Source: Octopus sinensis (lineage: Eukaryota). Taken from it: DNA of 64,000 nt. The DNA lies in NCBI RefSeq assembly GCF_006345805.1, contig NC_042998.1:34286001-34350000 (forward strand), written 5' to 3'. Under the pieces are notes generated by a model. That model saw only the letters and a list, made by a program, of their open reading frames with translations. It did no database searches and was not told the DNA's origin. This document shows positions 41,102 to 53,703 of this stretch, one piece after another. The position numbers and the translations under genes are program-made. Position 1 is the first letter of the stretch. Each line of letters begins with the position of its first letter.

Positions 41102-41724
41102 GAAGTCTGTCTGTATTTGAAGACTCCCAAATTGCTTCTTGCAGTTCTGCTATTGACATTTATTTATTCATTTGGTCATTCATCTTTTTATTCCGCACTT
41201 GGTTCTAAGAATTAAACAAAGTAAGAAATATAGAAAAGAAAGGCAAAAATGAGGAAAACTGTTTGAGATGCTGTAAATCATCATTTTCATATTGTCTTTG
41301 TGTATTTGACTAGAGCCGTATCTTGTTAATGTACAGCTAAATCAATATAGTTTAGGTATGACAGTTATTTATAAGAGGTAATAAATATACCAACTGTAAG
41401 ATCTAGAATGATTCATGAGAGCTTTGTATTTTGAAATTTGACCACAAACTCCAACAATAAATAACTCCTTTTGCTAATCGTTGGTATTTCGAAGTTCTTT
41501 GGAAACTCAGACATTTCACACTTCCTTTGGTATTCATGTTTTTTAAGAAACTTTTCCTGTCATATAAGACATAAATAAATTTCTGATAATACGTTCTTGT
41601 ACATGTGTCAGCTTGAGTAGAAATGGATTTAAATATGGTGTTTCGTTTTCTTTCGTTTGTATCTCTTTTTAAGTGCCTGAGAGGTTACAGTTTGGCAAAT
41701 TTATTATCGTTTATGTCTGATCGT

Positions 41725-42108
41725 TTACTTGTTTCAGTCATTAGACTGTGACCTTGAAGAATTTTAGCTGAACGAATTGACTCCAGTACTTAATAATCAT
41801 TTTGTAAAACCTAATACTTATTCACTTATTCTATTGGTCTGTTTTGCCAAACCCCTAAGTTACAGAAACATAAATACACGAAGACCCATTGTTAAATGCT
41901 GCTGGGGTACAAACACAAAAACTCAGACACAGACTGTCACATATCTATAATGGGCTTCTTTCAGTTTCCATCTACAAAATCAACTCAAAAGCTTTGATTG
42001 GCCTAAAGCTATTGTAGAAGACACTTATCTAAGGCACCATGCAGTGGGACTGAACATGGAACCATATGGTTGGGAAGCAAGCTTCTTAACACACAGCCAT
42101 GCCTGCAC
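41725..42108 (-). mobile_element. SINE family A, older copy
   Basis: tttacttgtttcagtcattagactgtg...cacacagccatgcctgcacct. Confidence 0.8.
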
Positions 42109-42410
42109 CTCTTGTGTAATGGCCACAGCTCATGAGCTGAAATTAGATAAAATAAAAAATTTTAAAAAAAGATATTTTTCAATTAAGAACTATTTTTTTA
42201 TTGTTTTACTTCCAGTTTTTTATTCTAGCCAAGATAGCCATTGTGTTGTCATGCAGACACCCCCTTTTTTTTTACTGTTAACCCCTTGGTCATAAATTAG
42301 AAGCTAGACTGAAACAGGTAGACTTCTGTAACTTGCTTAGTGTAACAGCATAAGGAGTACTATCATTTCTGAACTCACTTTGGTTAGAAGCTCAGCACCT
42401 TGTCATGTGT

Positions 42411-42712
42411 GGAGGCACATGGCCTATCGGTTAGAGCAGTGGACTCGCGGTCGAATGATCGCGGGTTCGAATCTCAGACCGGGTGATGTGTGTGTTTATG
42501 AGTGAAACACCTAAACTCCACGTGGCTCTGGCAGAAGGTAATGGCAAAACTTCTGCTGACTCTTTCGCCACAACTTTCTCTCACTCTTTCCTCCTGCATC
42601 TTGCAGCTCACCTGTGATGGACCAGCGTCCCGTCCAGGTGGGGAACCTATATGCCAAAGAAACCAGGAAACTGGCCCTTATGAGCCAGGCATGGCTTGAG
42701 AAGGAAGAAACA
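42411..42712 (+). mobile_element. tRNA-derived SINE family D'
   Basis: ggaggcacatggcctatcggttagagcag...gggttcgaatctc; inverted homologue at 53110-53400. Confidence 0.9.
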
Positions 42713-43524
42713 AAACAACCTTGTCCTGTCATGCAGAATACTTTGAGGAATCATGATAGATTAGTTTTTAGAGATAGCAGACCTGTTGAATGAAATTCTA
42801 ATCAACTCTTTCATAGTTGATTTGACATTTTATATGTAGAGACATCTTTCTAACACTTCTCAATTAGTTTTCTCTAAAGACATTATGCCTGAATAATATA
42901 ATAAAATTAAATTTAATTGCCACCTTATTAATTATAGGAACATAATTGACTTTTATTTATTTTGGCTTTACTAAGAAATTCTCCCTTAAGTCCATATTTG
43001 TCTTCAATCTTTGCTGATTTTTATTTACAATGCTCTCTTAAGTACCACTTCCTATTCTCTTCTCTAAAGGAAGTTTAAACAATGGCTTCAAGAATTTTCG
43101 TGAATTTTCAAAAATTTCCAAGAATTTCCTAAAGTTATGTCAAATTTCCAGTTGGTGTTGTTCATTAAATTTGGATTATACTTGCATTCTCATACGGTTG
43201 GTTGATTCTCAATATTTCCCCAAGTATTTTCATTATTTTATCCAACCTTGGTATGTGTGTGTGTGTGTGTGTGCATACGCATGTGTGTGTATGTGTACAT
43301 GCGCATGTGTGTGTGTGTACATGCACGTGTGTTAGTGTGTTTGTGTGTGTATGCATGTGTGTGTGCATGCATGTGTGTGTGCATGCATATGTGTGTGTGT
43401 GTGTGCATGCATATGTGTGTGTGTGTGCACGTGTGTCCTTATCTTGATATTGTATGTCTGTTATGAATGATTAATCATTTATTTCCAATATTCTGTGAAA
43501 ATGTGTCTGGCCATGGGATCGTAT

Positions 43525-43745
43525 TGGTTTAAAATTTTGGCACAAGGCCAGCAATTTCGGGGTAAACGGTCAGTTGATTATATCACTGCCAGTGGTCAAC
43601 TAGTATTTATTTTTATCAACTCTGAACAGATGAAAGGCAAAGTCAACTTTGGCGGAATTTGAACTCAGAACATAAACACAGATCAAAAAAGCTGTAATCA
43701 TTTTGCCCAACATGCTAAGGAGTCTGCCAACTTGCCACCTTACAC
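43525..43745 (-). mobile_element. SINE family B
   Basis: ggcacaaggccagcaatttcgg...gatgaaaggcaaagtcaactttggcggaatttgaactc. Confidence 0.75.
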
Positions 43746-45680
43746 CATGGGAAATATTGTTTTGCTTGGACCCTGCTTCAATAAACCCCACTAACCCATG
43801 CAGGCATGTAAACGTGGATGTTAAAATGATGAATGATGACATCATATTTTAATTGTGTCGTTAACATGTACAATTCCAAAGAAACAAATAAAATGAGAGA
43901 CCTGCTCTAAAATATTTCTTTCGCCATAGTTTCGTTGTAATTTCTATTTATAAGTATTAAATTTATTTTAAAACTCAGATAATCTCTAACTTTTCTGAAA
44001 ATACACCTAAATCAACCGTAAAATGTATTTTTAAATAACTAAACATTTCAAGCTTTTGTTTTGGTGTTGCATTAAAAATAATGTGATTAACTTAATATCT
44101 TAATTATTTCAAGACTATATTCATGTATATTAAAATGAAAATAGACATAATGATAAGGTAGCTGAAGAAAAAAAAAACAGCAAAAAAAAAAAAAACCAGC
44201 AAAAAACGAAAACCCCTGAAACTATTGAGCACCCTGTAGGAAATTATCCTATATTTCCTTATTAACACTAAAGTATATTATGTTATTCGTCCTGCATCAT
44301 TTCCCAATCTGATATCATATGGTTGAGAGCATTTTCATTATCCTTGCATAAGCTTATGCTTGGCAAGATTAATAAAAGGGCTGTACAGTGAACAACGACT
44401 TGGCACATCAATTCTGTATTGAATTGAATATGCTGTATAGTGTTTAGAGTAAAGACTTCGTACCAACTCATTGTGGGAATTTGGATGTGTTTTATCTTTC
44501 ACTTGTTTCAGTCATTAGACTGTGGCCTTGCTGGGGCACCACCTTGAAGAAATTTTGGTCGAATGGATCGACTCCAAGACTTGTTTTTCAAGCCAGGTAT
44601 TTATTCTATCGGTCTCTTTTGCTGAGTTACAGGGATGTAAATGAACCAACACCGGTTGTCAAAATTTCTGGCCTTGTGCCTAGAGTAGAAAAGAATATTT
44701 CTTCCTTTCACTTGTATTCATGAGTGTGCATGTGTATGTGTGTGTGAGAGAGAGAGGGAGAGAGAGAGAGAGAGGGGGGTGAGAGAGAGTGAGAGAAAGA
44801 GAGCAAATGTGAATGTGGATGTGTGTGTTGGTGGGTGTGAGTTCGTTAACATCTTCATCCACCTGCAAATTCTTCATTCTGCTTGTTTATACTTCTTGTT
44901 CAGTTTACTTGAAGGATAACATAACTAGATTGTTTCAGTTACATGGCAGCCTGGCAGAGTCATTAGAGTATCAGACAGAATGTATTGCAACATTTGTTTT
45001 GGACCCATATGCTCTGAGTTCAAATCCCACTGAACCCATCTTTACCTTTTGTCCTTTTAAGTGTTGATAAATAGAATACCAGGCCAGTTGTGGTAGTGGT
45101 GTTGATGGTGGTGGTGGTGGGGCCTAGGTGGAACTGTTAGGTGAGATATGTTGTAATATCTGTTCTGGCTCGGTGCATTCCAAGATCAAATCCTGCCACC
45201 TGTCATCAAAAGAAGAAATACAAAAACAGTTCTTCAGGACTCAGCAAAAATTTCTGCTCCTCATCCTCTTTGCTGACACACAAGCTGTCTGGTTGTCTGC
45301 CTGGCAGGTGAGACAATGCAAAATGACTGTTTTGTGCAATTTCTCCCCCTCCCTCTCTAAATGTCATAATCTACTTCCACATGTTTGAGAGAAAATTCTA
45401 AAAACAGTTTTCAATAATTCTTCTTCCATATTTTCATACGACAATCATTTTTAAGACTAAATTAAATGATATTCTTTTTATCTCTATTCTGTACCGAATT
45501 TCTCATCTGTCCATCCTTGGACAATTCCAGCAGATCAGTTTTTGTCATCAGAAAAGATTGCTAGCCCCTTGCTCAAACCTTTCCCAGTTCTGTAGAAGGA
45601 GTTACAACTTTTCACATGGTGTGACATGACCAATTCTGAGAATAATAGAGAGAACGAAATCAATCTCAGTACTTCACTGG

Positions 45681-46016
45681 TGAAGGCACATGGCTCAGTG
45701 GTTAGAGCATTGAGCTTACGATCGTGAGGTTGTGAGCTCGAATCCCGGACCGGGCTGCGTGTTGTGTTCTTGAGCAAGGCACTTTATTTCCAGTTCACTC
45801 AGCTGTAGAAATGAGTTGCGACGTCACTGGTGCCAAGCTGTATCGACCTTTGTCTTTCCCTTGGATAACACTGGTGGCGTGGAGAGGGGAGGCTGGTATG
45901 CATGGGCAACTGCTGGTCTTCCATAAACAACCTTGCCCGGACTTGTGTCTAGGAGGGTAACTTTCTAGGTGCAATCCCATGGTCATTCATGACCGAAGGG
46001 GGTCTTTACCCCTTTA
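45681..46016 (+). mobile_element. tRNA-derived SINE family E, full length
   Basis: A box tggctcagtgg, B box gagctcgaatcc, ttcttgagcaaggcactt core, ggtctttacccctttac tail. Confidence 0.85.
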
Positions 46017-46717
46017 CTTCACTGGTACTTTATGATCCTGGAAGGAAGAAAAGCAGATTCGACTTCAGCAGAATTTGAACTCAGTGTGCAGAGTGCCAAA
46101 GCAATGGCAAGATATTCTATCCAACTCTAATTCCTCTGCAATGTTCGCTGTCAAAATATCATTATCAGAATTGCTTTATTGATAAGCCGTTGTCATTATT
46201 CCATCGTTGTCTTGCATTGGCTTGCAATTCCATTTTTGAGGAAACTGACAATGGTAACTAGCTTTTGGTTATCTCTGGGAAAATTCAATAAATACATAAA
46301 GAGGAAAATAAACAAACTCAATCGAAAATTGTGTCTGCAATGCTGTATCATTGTTATTCATGAAACATTTAGAATCAGGAGTAGATTTCAGAAAGCAAAG
46401 ATAGAATTCGTTTTTAATTGATCAAATATTGAAGCTAACAGTCAATTTGTTTTGGGTAATCAATTGTCTCTCGCTGTCGTTACTGACAGATGGAAAAACA
46501 TATTTCCAAAATATTTACTTCCTTTTTTCGCAATATCAACTGTGATACGCAAAACCAAAATTGTTTACAGTATCATTGAGAAAACTGAAGCAGTCTTAGC
46601 AACACAGTTTTATTGCATTTTTGGTGTGTTGCTACTTTGTAAATCATTTCTTTCTTTAGTGTGTTTCCAATGAAATCAATCTCTGCATGAACCTTAACCA
46701 AAATTATTTTCCACATA

Positions 46718-47125
46718 TAAGTTAAGTTAAGTTAATTTTTTGGCTCAAAAAGCAAAAAGCAAGGCCATGTAGGGGGACATGGAGTTATGTACAGGGAGGG
46801 TGTTCATGCAAAGAGTTCAGGCCATTTCTGGTCAAGAGAGACTTTGATCCGAGCGGTTGTCGGCATCTTCACTATCTTGTCTGGCAGCTTATTCCACGGA
46901 TCCACAACCCCGACGGAGAAAGCCCCTCTCCTTCGATTGAGATGAAATCATCGCAGATAGAGCTTTTCGGAGTGACCCCGCAGCCGACGCTCTGGAGCAG
47001 GAGTGAAGAACAGCTCTTTCGAGAGGTTACACTTTCCGCTTATGATGTTGTGAGCAAGAATGAGATCACCACAGCATTGTCTTTTTCTAGAGAATAAAGG
47101 TCGAGCGTCTTCTGTTCCAAATGTC
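46718..47125 (-). mobile_element. CR1/L2-clade LINE 3' end (ORF2 C-terminus, 3' UTR and (AACTT)n tail), 5'-truncated
   Basis: - strand translation KTLDLYSLEK/RQCCGDLILAHNIISGKCNLSKELFFTPAPERRLRGHSEKLYLR*FHLNRRRGAFSVGVVDPWNKLPDKIVKMPTTARIKVSLDQKWPELFA* matches CR1 motifs (SLExRRLRGDL, RGHxxKL, FSxRVVxxWNxLP); one frameshift and one stop. Confidence 0.88.
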
Positions 47126-47237
47126 TTCCAGTCTCTCTCTCTGTCCAATTATTTTGGGTGTCTTCATCTCACTTCAGCTGTGTCTGAATTATTTTATTCT
47201 TTTTAGAATATCCTCCCCCTTCCTCTCCTCTTCACCA

Positions 47238-47276
<39 letters not shown>

Positions 47277-48039
47277 GAAGGCAGTGAGATAAAGGAACCA
47301 TTAGCATGTTGGGCGAAATGCTTAACAACTAACCGGTGTTGGTGTGTTTATATCCCTATTACTTAGCAGTTTAGCAAAAGAGACTGATAGAATAAAAATA
47401 AGAAAAACACCCTGGGGTCAATTCATTCAACTAAAATTCTTCAAGGTGGTGCTCCAGCAGGCCACAGTCTCATGACTAAAAACAAGTAAAAGAATAAAAG
47501 CTGTATATATATATATAATTATATATATATATATATATATATAATATTATATATATATATATTATATATATATATATATAATATATATATATATATAAAC
47601 GAATACAAAAAATGGGACAAGAACGCAAAACATCCAGACAGATGATACAAAAAAGGAACAAGAAAAAACAAGGATGGCTTTTCATTCCTCAGTCAACTTC
47701 CAGATTATCTTTGCAATTTTGGTTGGTTATACTTCCAAGGAAAAACTAAGCCAAGAACACTAGATTCCTTGTAAGAAAGCAGTGAATGTATACAAAATCA
47801 AGGACAGAAAAAGAAAATGGAGAAATGGTATGCATATAACAGGACATTAACAACAGGTGTCTTTCGACTTAGAACAAATTAAATTAAGCTGCTGTGTGTG
47901 GAAGTGAAACCTTATATATATATTGCTGTTATTATTATTATTACTATTGGACCTCATGGAGGCAAAGTGGCTAAGTTCCTTTCAAGTGCTGGGCATCACA
48001 GAAGCAATGACCAAGACCTTTGGTATTATGTCGTGTTTG

Positions 48040-48295
48040 AGAAGACCCATCAAGCTGAGCAAGACCACAGTCATGGCAGATACCAGTGTCAAGCAAATTG
48101 GCACCTGTGCCGGTGGCATGTAAAAGCACCCATTACACTCTCGGAGTGGTTGGCATTAGGAAGGGCATCCAGCTGTAGAAAACCATGCCAAATCAGATTG
48201 GTGTCTGGTACAGCCTTCCAGCATGCCAGCCCAGTCAAACTGTCCGACCCATGCCAGCATGGATAATGGACGTTAAACAATGATGATGATGATGA
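48040..48295 (+). mobile_element. Retroposon family C
   Basis: ggttggcattaggaagggcatccagctgtag...ggacgttaaacaatgatgatgatg. Confidence 0.8.
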
Positions 48296-49099
48296 TTGTG
48301 ATTAAATTGCAAAAAATGGTATTATGTTTTGAAAGGATTCTTGGTAGAAATAAAAACTCCAGTCATAGAAAAATTGCTCTGACAGGAGGCAGATATTGAA
48401 ATGATCAGAAAGCATTTATATATTCCATAAGACCCACCATTAATCTATTTATTCAAAATACTTAACTGGAATTTATTGTTCATCTTAGCTTTTTTTTTTT
48501 CTAATCCACTTTGCATTTCTGAAACAATTGAGAATCTTTCATTTAAAGAAACCTAACAAAAATGGAAAACTGGTTTTTTAGCTATTAGAGTTCACGTGTC
48601 TTATCATTTTAATTCACTGTTACAGTTCTTATACCTTATCATTGAATTCAATTAATTATATAAGTTAGTCAATGAACCAGTTTTTGTTGTTGTTATTTTG
48701 TTGACTTTTTTGTTTAGTTTTCAATATTTTTTTTTCATTAAACACAATGAATAATTAAATTTGCTACATTCTTGAATGTTTATGATTTCTATCTTTATTG
48801 CTTAAATTCTTTAACAAAGGCTTCTCTTGTGTTTTTCCTTTTTCTTTTCCTTTTTTTTTCTTTTATTTTTTCAACAAATCCAAGATTTTCTTCCTTTGCA
48901 TTTTTTTTTCTTCCTTCTGATTCTAAAATTGACATCAAATGGATTAAATGACAGATAAAATACTCCAGATAAAAATTCTGCTTGAGGTTTGATTCTGTTT
49001 TTGTTTGGTTAATAATAATTTTCAAAATGCAATTAATCTGACGAAGCAAAACAAAAAAAATTTTATAAATTACGGTTGTTTGTATTCATTCATTTTAGA

Positions 49100-49322
49100 T
49101 ATATTCTTCTCTACTCTAGGCAGAAGGCCCAAAATTTTTAGGGAGAGGGCCAGTCGATTAGATTGACCCCACTACACAACTGGTACTTAATTTATCGACC
49201 ATGAAAGGATGAAAGGCAAAGTCAACCTCAGCAGAATTTGAACTCAAAACGTAAAGACAGACGAAATACTGCTAAGCATTTTGCTCAGCGTGCTAACATT
49301 TCTGCCAGCTCGCTGCCTTTCG
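49100..49322 (-). mobile_element. SINE family B, near full length
   Basis: tattcttctctactctaggc...tctgccagctcgctgcc. Confidence 0.85.
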
Positions 49323-49360
49323 TTTTGGATATATTGTGATTTTTCTTGCTATGATATGAT

Positions 49361-49742
49361 TGTGGTAAGAAACTTGCTTTCCAACCACATGCCTCCAGGT
49401 TCAGTCCCACTGCATGGCACTTTGGGCAAGTGTCTTCTTCTGTAAGCCCTATAGCTTCAGGCCTACTAAAGCCTTATGAGTGGATTTGAGACACAGAAAC
49501 CGGAAGAAGACCATTGTATATATACATGTGTGTGTTTGTGTCTGTTCCCCCTTGCACCACTTGACAACCAATATTGGAATATCTCCATCCCTGTAACAGT
49601 TTGTCAAAAGAGACTGATAGAATAAGTACCAGCATTTAAAAAATATACAAAAAAGTTGATTCATTCAACTAAAATGCTCCAAAGCCGCACTCCAGCATGG
49701 CCATAGTCTGAGTGGAACAAGCAAGAGATAAAAGATAAAAGA
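49361..49742 (+). mobile_element. SINE family A, older copy
   Basis: tgtggtaagaaacttgctttccaaccacatg...caagcaagagataaaagataaaag. Confidence 0.75.
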
Positions 49743-50080
49743 CATTTAGTCGTCTGTGTTTATAATATTTCCTGTTATGAATGTGTTCGTTATCTTTCAA
49801 TATCCATTATCTTCTCCGCTTCTTCTTCTCCCCCCCCCCCCCCACCGCCTGCACCTATTTGCACAGCTGCTGTGATGTACGCACATTGATAAGCATCTGA
49901 CCTGTGTTAACATGCAAAAATTGACTTTAGTTGAATGATAAAAATAACGATGAAATAAATTCTGCATTAATTACTTCCAAAAAAAAGAAAGCAACGAGAA
50001 ATTCATGTTTTAAGCTACACACTGTATCATAGAATTGGAAATGTTCTATAAATTCTAAGGATTATGTTTGGTCGTCTCTC

Positions 50081-50512
50081 TCTTTACTCTTTTACTTGTT
50101 TCAGTCATTTGACTGCGGCCATGCTGGAGCACCGCGTTTAGTCGAGCAATCGACCCCGGGACTTATTCTTTGTAAGCCCAGTACTTATTCTATCGGTCTC
50201 TTGTGCCGAACCGCTAAGTGACGGGGACACAAACACACCAGCATCGGTTGTCAAGCAATGCTAGGAGGAACAAACACAGACACACAGACACACAAACACA
50301 CACACACATACATATATATACATATACATATATATACATATACATATATACGACAGGCTTCTTTCAGTTTCTGTCTACCAAATCCACTCACAAGGCATTG
50401 GTTGGCCCGGGGCTATAGCAGAAGACACTTACCCAAGATGCCACGCAGTGGGACTGAACCCGGAACCATGTGGTTGGTTAGCAAGCTACTTACCACACAG
50501 CCACTCCTGTCT
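50081..50512 (-). mobile_element. SINE family A, full-length young copy
   Basis: near-identical (inverted) to 16405-16795. Confidence 0.9.
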
Positions 50513-50820
50513 CTTGAAATTACAAAAAAAAAAAACCTCTTAGGCATGCAAGTGTAGAAGGGCATGGGTGGATTTGATGAGTATTGTCTATGTAAAATTA
50601 TTAGTAATTTTCAGCAATGAGTCGTCATCAACAATAGCAATAATGGTTTCAAATTTTGCCATTTTGGGGGAGGGGATGAGTCATTTACACTGACCCCAGT
50701 ATATCACTGGTACTTAATTTATCAACACTGAAAGGACTAAAGGCAAAGTTGACCTTGGCAGAATTTGAACTCCGAATGTAGCAACAGGTGAAATACCACT
50801 ATGCATTTCATCCAATAATA

Positions 50821-51000
50821 AGACAGAACTAGTTCTTCTCAATTGGTTCTGCTCTCTGGAACATCATACCAAAACTTGTAAGAGAAGAAAAAGGTCTCAA
50901 ATGGCTCCTGGTCAAATATCTCCAACAAATTCCAGATAAACCACCGACCCCTTGGATATATCTCTGCAAACAATAACACTCTACCTGAATGGGCTATGGT
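50821..51000 (+). mobile_element. LINE ORF2 C-terminal remnant
   Basis: translation QN*FFSIGSALWNIIPKLVREEKGLKWLLVKYLQQIPDKPPTP/GYISANNNTLPEW with one frameshift; typical non-LTR ORF2 end (FN.IPK...LD.YL..IPD.P..PGY....NSL). Confidence 0.65.
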
Positions 51001-51271
51001 GCCCAAAGAATAGTTGTAATATGAAACACTTTTAAATATCTTTTCCAGGTGGTGCTATTAAGTTAGACATGGCTTGAGTCAATTCTGGCTGAAACTTATC
51101 TAAGCATCTAAATATATATATTTGTATATACTGTATATATACATATGTATATATCATCATCACCATTATCAACATTTAACATCTTTTTTCTATGCTGGTA
51201 AGAGCCAGAGGGTTTGAAAGGAATTGGCATGGCCAGGGCCCACACAAAGTTCCAGTTCCATAGTATATTAT

Positions 51272-51302
<31 letters not shown>

Positions 51303-51376
51303 CTATATACCATCCAACCCATGCTAGCATGGAAAACGGATGTTAAATGATGATTATATATATATTTATGTATGTA

Positions 51377-51441
<65 letters not shown>

Positions 51442-52029
51442 ATATCTAAGAGCATAGGCTCGAAATGTAAAATACTTTTTCTATTCCTGAGCGTTATACT
51501 AATACATCTGTTTGTTTTGTACAACACCTGTCTTTGTCTTTTGATTTTTTTCATAAACTCTCCCTATATATATAGATTTAGGAAGGAGTAAGTCTGATGT
51601 ATGGAAATTGGGATTAACATAGAAAAATGATGACGGATAAACTCAACTGAGTTTAGTTTGTTGAATTTTATGATGTAGCCTGGCATTTGGCAGGGAAATA
51701 AATCAAAGAGGAAACAGGACAGATATAAATAGGTGAAAGTTGGTGATATTCACTCTTTTACATAAGTAAAAATAATTCTGTATTACAAAATTTATGTAAA
51801 TTCATTTCTGATTTACTCTTGAACATATTTCTTCCTGTCAATGTTGTTAATATTTCTGGATAAAATATTGAATTTTTGTCTGTGTGGTTTGCAATAAAAT
51901 TATTTTGTTTCTTGTATTAGCTAGCTCAAAGTTGATTAAAAGGTGGATTATATTTGATCGAATTGACCCTCTGTATTACTAACATTTCGGCCAAATATAG
52001 GATCTGTTAAGTCATTGGTGAGTCAACTT

Positions 52030-52300
52030 TTGTGGTATCACGGCCCATTGAAGTAGGGAGTTTTGTTGACCAAAATGTATTGTGGTATCGGTGACTTGCT
52101 TGGTATCCCTTGAAAAAAAAAACCTGTCCGGGTTTCGTTTGAAGAGGATGGGATCTTTTTATTCTTTGAGCTGTTTTGGAATGATGTTATATAGAGCAGG
52201 GCCTGTTGAAGAAAAGAAATTGTGAGCCTGAATTGTTAAGTGGCCCCAGCCATGGATGATTTCTGAATCTAATGTTAAGGTCTTTTGGGCAATGCTTCTC
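52030..52300 (-). mobile_element. Second LINE ORF2 C-terminal remnant of the same family
   Basis: - strand EKHCPKDLNIRFRNHPWLGP../HNFFSSTGPALYNIIPKQLKE*KDPILFKRNPDRFF/QGIPSKSPIPQYILVN/NSLLQWAVIP. Confidence 0.7.
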
Positions 52301-52445
52301 CATCATCATCATCATCGTTTAACGTCCGCTTTCCATGCTACCATGGGTTGGACGATTTTGACTTAGGGCTGGCGAACCAGATGATGCACCAGGCTTCAAT
52401 CTTGATCTGGCAGAGTTTCTACAGCTGGATGCCCTTCCTATGGCT
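52301..52445 (-). mobile_element. Retroposon family C, 3' part
   Basis: catcatcatcatcgtttaacgtccgctttccatgctaccatggg...ggatgcccttccta. Confidence 0.8.
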
Positions 52446-53109
52446 CGGATGGTGCTCTTAGCACTTACAATGATGCTGGAGAGAATAAAGATTTAATATT
52501 TTAATGAATCCTGCCACACACACACACACACAAAACAAATTGATAAAAAATGGAATGTGAAGCTGACTTCGTTAGACTTTGAACTTAGGATATAGAAAAT
52601 CGAAACTAAATGCCATGATATTTGATCAGCCTTTCTACAGTTTCTCAGTCTTTTTCTAAAACAACATAACTTAAAAGTCTGACAGTTGTACATTTTTCGT
52701 GGTCTTAAGCAAATTGAAGATGTCTGTCTCTCATCAAGAAAGCAGTAATTTAGTGTCAGATAATATTTTACTCCATAAACTAAGACGAGTAAATTAAAAT
52801 AGATTTGCTTCTGAGGTTACGACAGAAACTCTTTCAGACCCGATGTTATAGCATCATTATCATCATTTAACGTCTGTTTCCTGAGCTGGCATGGGTTAGA
52901 TGGTTTGACAGGAGGGGCACCAGGTTCCAAAGTCTGTTTTGGTATGGTCTCTACAGCTGGATGCTCCTCCTAATGCCGGCCATTTTACAGAATGTACCGG
53001 GTCCTTTTTATGTGGAACCAACACCACTGCATTTTATGTGGCTCCATCACCAGTGCTTTTTATGTGGCACCAGCATTGACCGGACCACCAAGTACTTTGT
53101 TTATTCCTT

Positions 53110-53400
53110 CTTGACCCACACCTGGCTCAAAAGGGCCGGTTTCCCAGTTTCTTTGGCGTATAGGTTCCTCACCTGGATGGGACGCCAGTCCATCGCAGGT
53201 GAGCTGCAAGATGCAGGAGGAAAGAGTGAAAGAAAGTTGTGGCGAAAGAGTCAGTAGAAGTTCGCCATTACGTTCTGCTGGAGCCGTGTGGAGCTTAGGT
53301 GTTTTGCTCATTAACACACACATCACTCGGTCTGAGATTCGAACCCGTGATCCCTCGACCGCGAGTCCGCTGCTCTAACCACTAGGCCATGTGCCTCCAC
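53110..53400 (-). mobile_element. tRNA-derived SINE family D'
   Basis: inverted homologue of 42411-42712. Confidence 0.9.
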
Positions 53401-53475
53401 ACACCAAGTACCTTGCAAAACAAGAACTCCTTAACTGGGATGGTGAGGACTAGTGGCTTGTGCCAGTTTAAAGGT

Positions 53476-53703
53476 TTAACCCTTTAGTGTTCAGATTATT
53501 CTATCAAACATAATGCTTATTGATTCCCATTGATTTGAATTAATCATGCATTATCTCATATCTTCAAAGATCTTGATGGTGTAATTACTTAATGTAGAAT
53601 AACATTGTAGGGTAGGTGTGAGAGCCTGGATCTGGTCAGTTTGAACATATAACAGATTAACTATTTTGGCCGGATATGACCGGTTTAAATACTAAAGGGT
53701 TAA
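53476..53703 (+). mobile_element. TTAA-flanked MITE family 2
   Basis: TIR ttaaccctttag ... ctaaagggttaa. Confidence 0.8.

Noticed and set aside
46400-46670. Possible hAT dimerisation-domain remnant (FGVLLLCKSFLS vs FGSTYLCEQLFS)
   Set aside because: Only a few residues match; could be chance in AT-rich DNA
35876-53400. tRNA-like sequences at SINE heads (35876, 40742, 42411, 45681, 53400)
   Set aside because: They have A/B boxes but no complete cloverleaf or acceptor stem and run into repeat bodies; treated as SINE heads, not tRNA genes
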